Origin: Torpedo marmorata
Lineage: Eukaryota
NCBI GenBank assembly: GCA_977017645.1
Contig: OZ360241.1
Span: 60,574,001-60,638,000 of the forward strand
Reading direction: 5' to 3'
Length of the DNA stretch: 64,000 nucleotides
The notes under the pieces are model-generated. The model saw only the letters and a program-made list of their open reading frames with translations, was not told the origin of the DNA and made no database searches. The translations under genes were made by a program, and so were the position numbers. Positions 62,727 through 64,000 of the stretch are shown here, in pieces; the first letter of the stretch is position 1; each line of letters begins with the position of its first letter.

Positions 62727-63228
62727 TACAGACAGAGGGAGTCGATTGCCACCGGCCAGACAAAGGGAGAGAGAGGCAACAAAAAAAAAACCATAATATG
62801 ATTCCAATCCACCAGAGAAGTTCAATATGAGCCTGGCAAAGAACATTTCCTGCAGATGAACTGCTGCTGTTAACTTCATTACATGTTGCTCAGTACCTCT
62901 GGGCACATCGTATTCAATGTCTAAACCTAGCCATCAAGTGCAGTTCAGCCAGCTTTCGTATGGCATGCTTCCCTAAGGTGGCCTCCACCACCTGACAGCT
63001 GTTCTGTGCTGATACTGTTGCTTATTAAACTGCTGCAGGGAATTCTCAGCCAGATTGCATCACTGGGGCAGGTCCCAGCCCAATGGCGAGAGACACTGTC
63101 AGGATGGGATATTACACCTGTATCTGTGTTGATGTAAGTACACAAGTTGATGTAAGAGATCACCTTGAAGAAGAGCAGGGGCCAATGTTTATTCTTCGAC
63201 ATCACTCAAACAGTAATCTGGTCATCAT

Positions 63229-63697
63229 CACAGAAATGCTGGAGGAACTCAGCAGGTCTCGCAGCGTCCATAGGAGGTAAAGATATATAACCGACGTATC
63301 GAGCCTGAGCCCTTCTTCAAGGTACGAGTAAAAAGCAGGCAGGCATCTGAATTAAAAGGCTAGGGAGAAGGAAAGAAAGGGCAGAGGGAGGAGCACAGAC
63401 CAACAGACAGAGGGTGATAATTGGACATAGATAGGAGGACAGGAGAGGAAAGGTGAGAATTGATCGGGAGGAGGTAGTGGCTCTGTGAAAGCAGAGTTGG
63501 AAGAAAGTACACAGAGAGAAAAGGAAAGAGAGAGAGAGAGACCCTGCTTTTTAATCATACCTTGAAGAAGGATTCAGGCCTGAAGCGTCAGTTATATATC
63601 TTTACATCCTATGGACGCAGCGAGACCTGCTAAGTTCCTCCAGCAATTCTGTGTTTTCACTACAATCACAGCGTCTGCAGACTTTTGTGTTTCACTT
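63229..63697. mobile_element. Penelope-derived element with ~110-bp inverted terminal arms
   Basis: 63229-63341 is the reverse complement of 63542-63654; each arm carries a degenerate TTGAAGAAGG...GA(A/T)(A/G)CGTC hammerhead-like core. Confidence 0.85.
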
Positions 63698-64000
63698 CGG
63701 TCATCATCACGTTGCTGTTTGTGGGAGCTTGCTTTGCACAAGATGCCACCAGTATTGATTATTTATTAGTGCTTATGTTCCTGTCCCATCAAAGACCAAT
63801 CTCATATATTTTGCCTTTGTCAGTCACCCAGTGCTTCTTGTTACCCATTCATGACTCCAGTATACTTGGTTCACAGGCCGTCTCTCCTCAGAAGAAAGTC
63901 AAATGAGCAGAAACAGTCAGAGAAGCAGTTGGAGTAACAGCTCAGATTCCATTAGGTGCCCAAACAGAATGAGAAAACATGCCTCTGATGGGATTACTTT

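Noticed and set aside
28200-64000. A second host gene upstream of KCNN1
   Set aside because: No ORF outside TEs had recognisable homology; short exons could have been missed by eye.

Overview
Vertebrate genomic DNA, most likely a cartilaginous fish (shark/ray), judged from HE1-type V-SINEs, CR1, Rex1/Babar and Penelope repeats. The only host gene recognised is the 5' part of the SK1 small-conductance Ca2+-activated K+ channel gene KCNN1 on the minus strand: a 432-nt phase-0/0 exon at 3349-2918 and a predicted first coding exon at 27923-27777 in a CpG-rich promoter (CCAAT, GC box). The first exon splices in frame across a ~24.4-kb intron and gives a His/Cys/Gln-rich N-terminal extension. The rest is intron 1 plus ~36 kb of upstream sequence, dense in often nested transposable elements (Rex1/Babar, CR1, L1, Tx1, L2 relics, Penelope, Tc1, MITEs, a solo LTR, SINEs). 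Most tracked ORFs are spurious or TE fragments. Notable: a 60-copy 40-bp intronic minisatellite that appears to derive from a Penelope hammerhead-ribozyme core; a minimal hammerhead motif in a young Penelope insert; a 5S rRNA-headed SINE and a ~0.9-kb non-coding element with Rex1-like 3' tails; a palindromic Tc1 carrying an L1 transduction-like insert; and a sense-oriented solo LTR with TATA box and splice donor. All calls are by eye; boundaries of old repeats are approximate.
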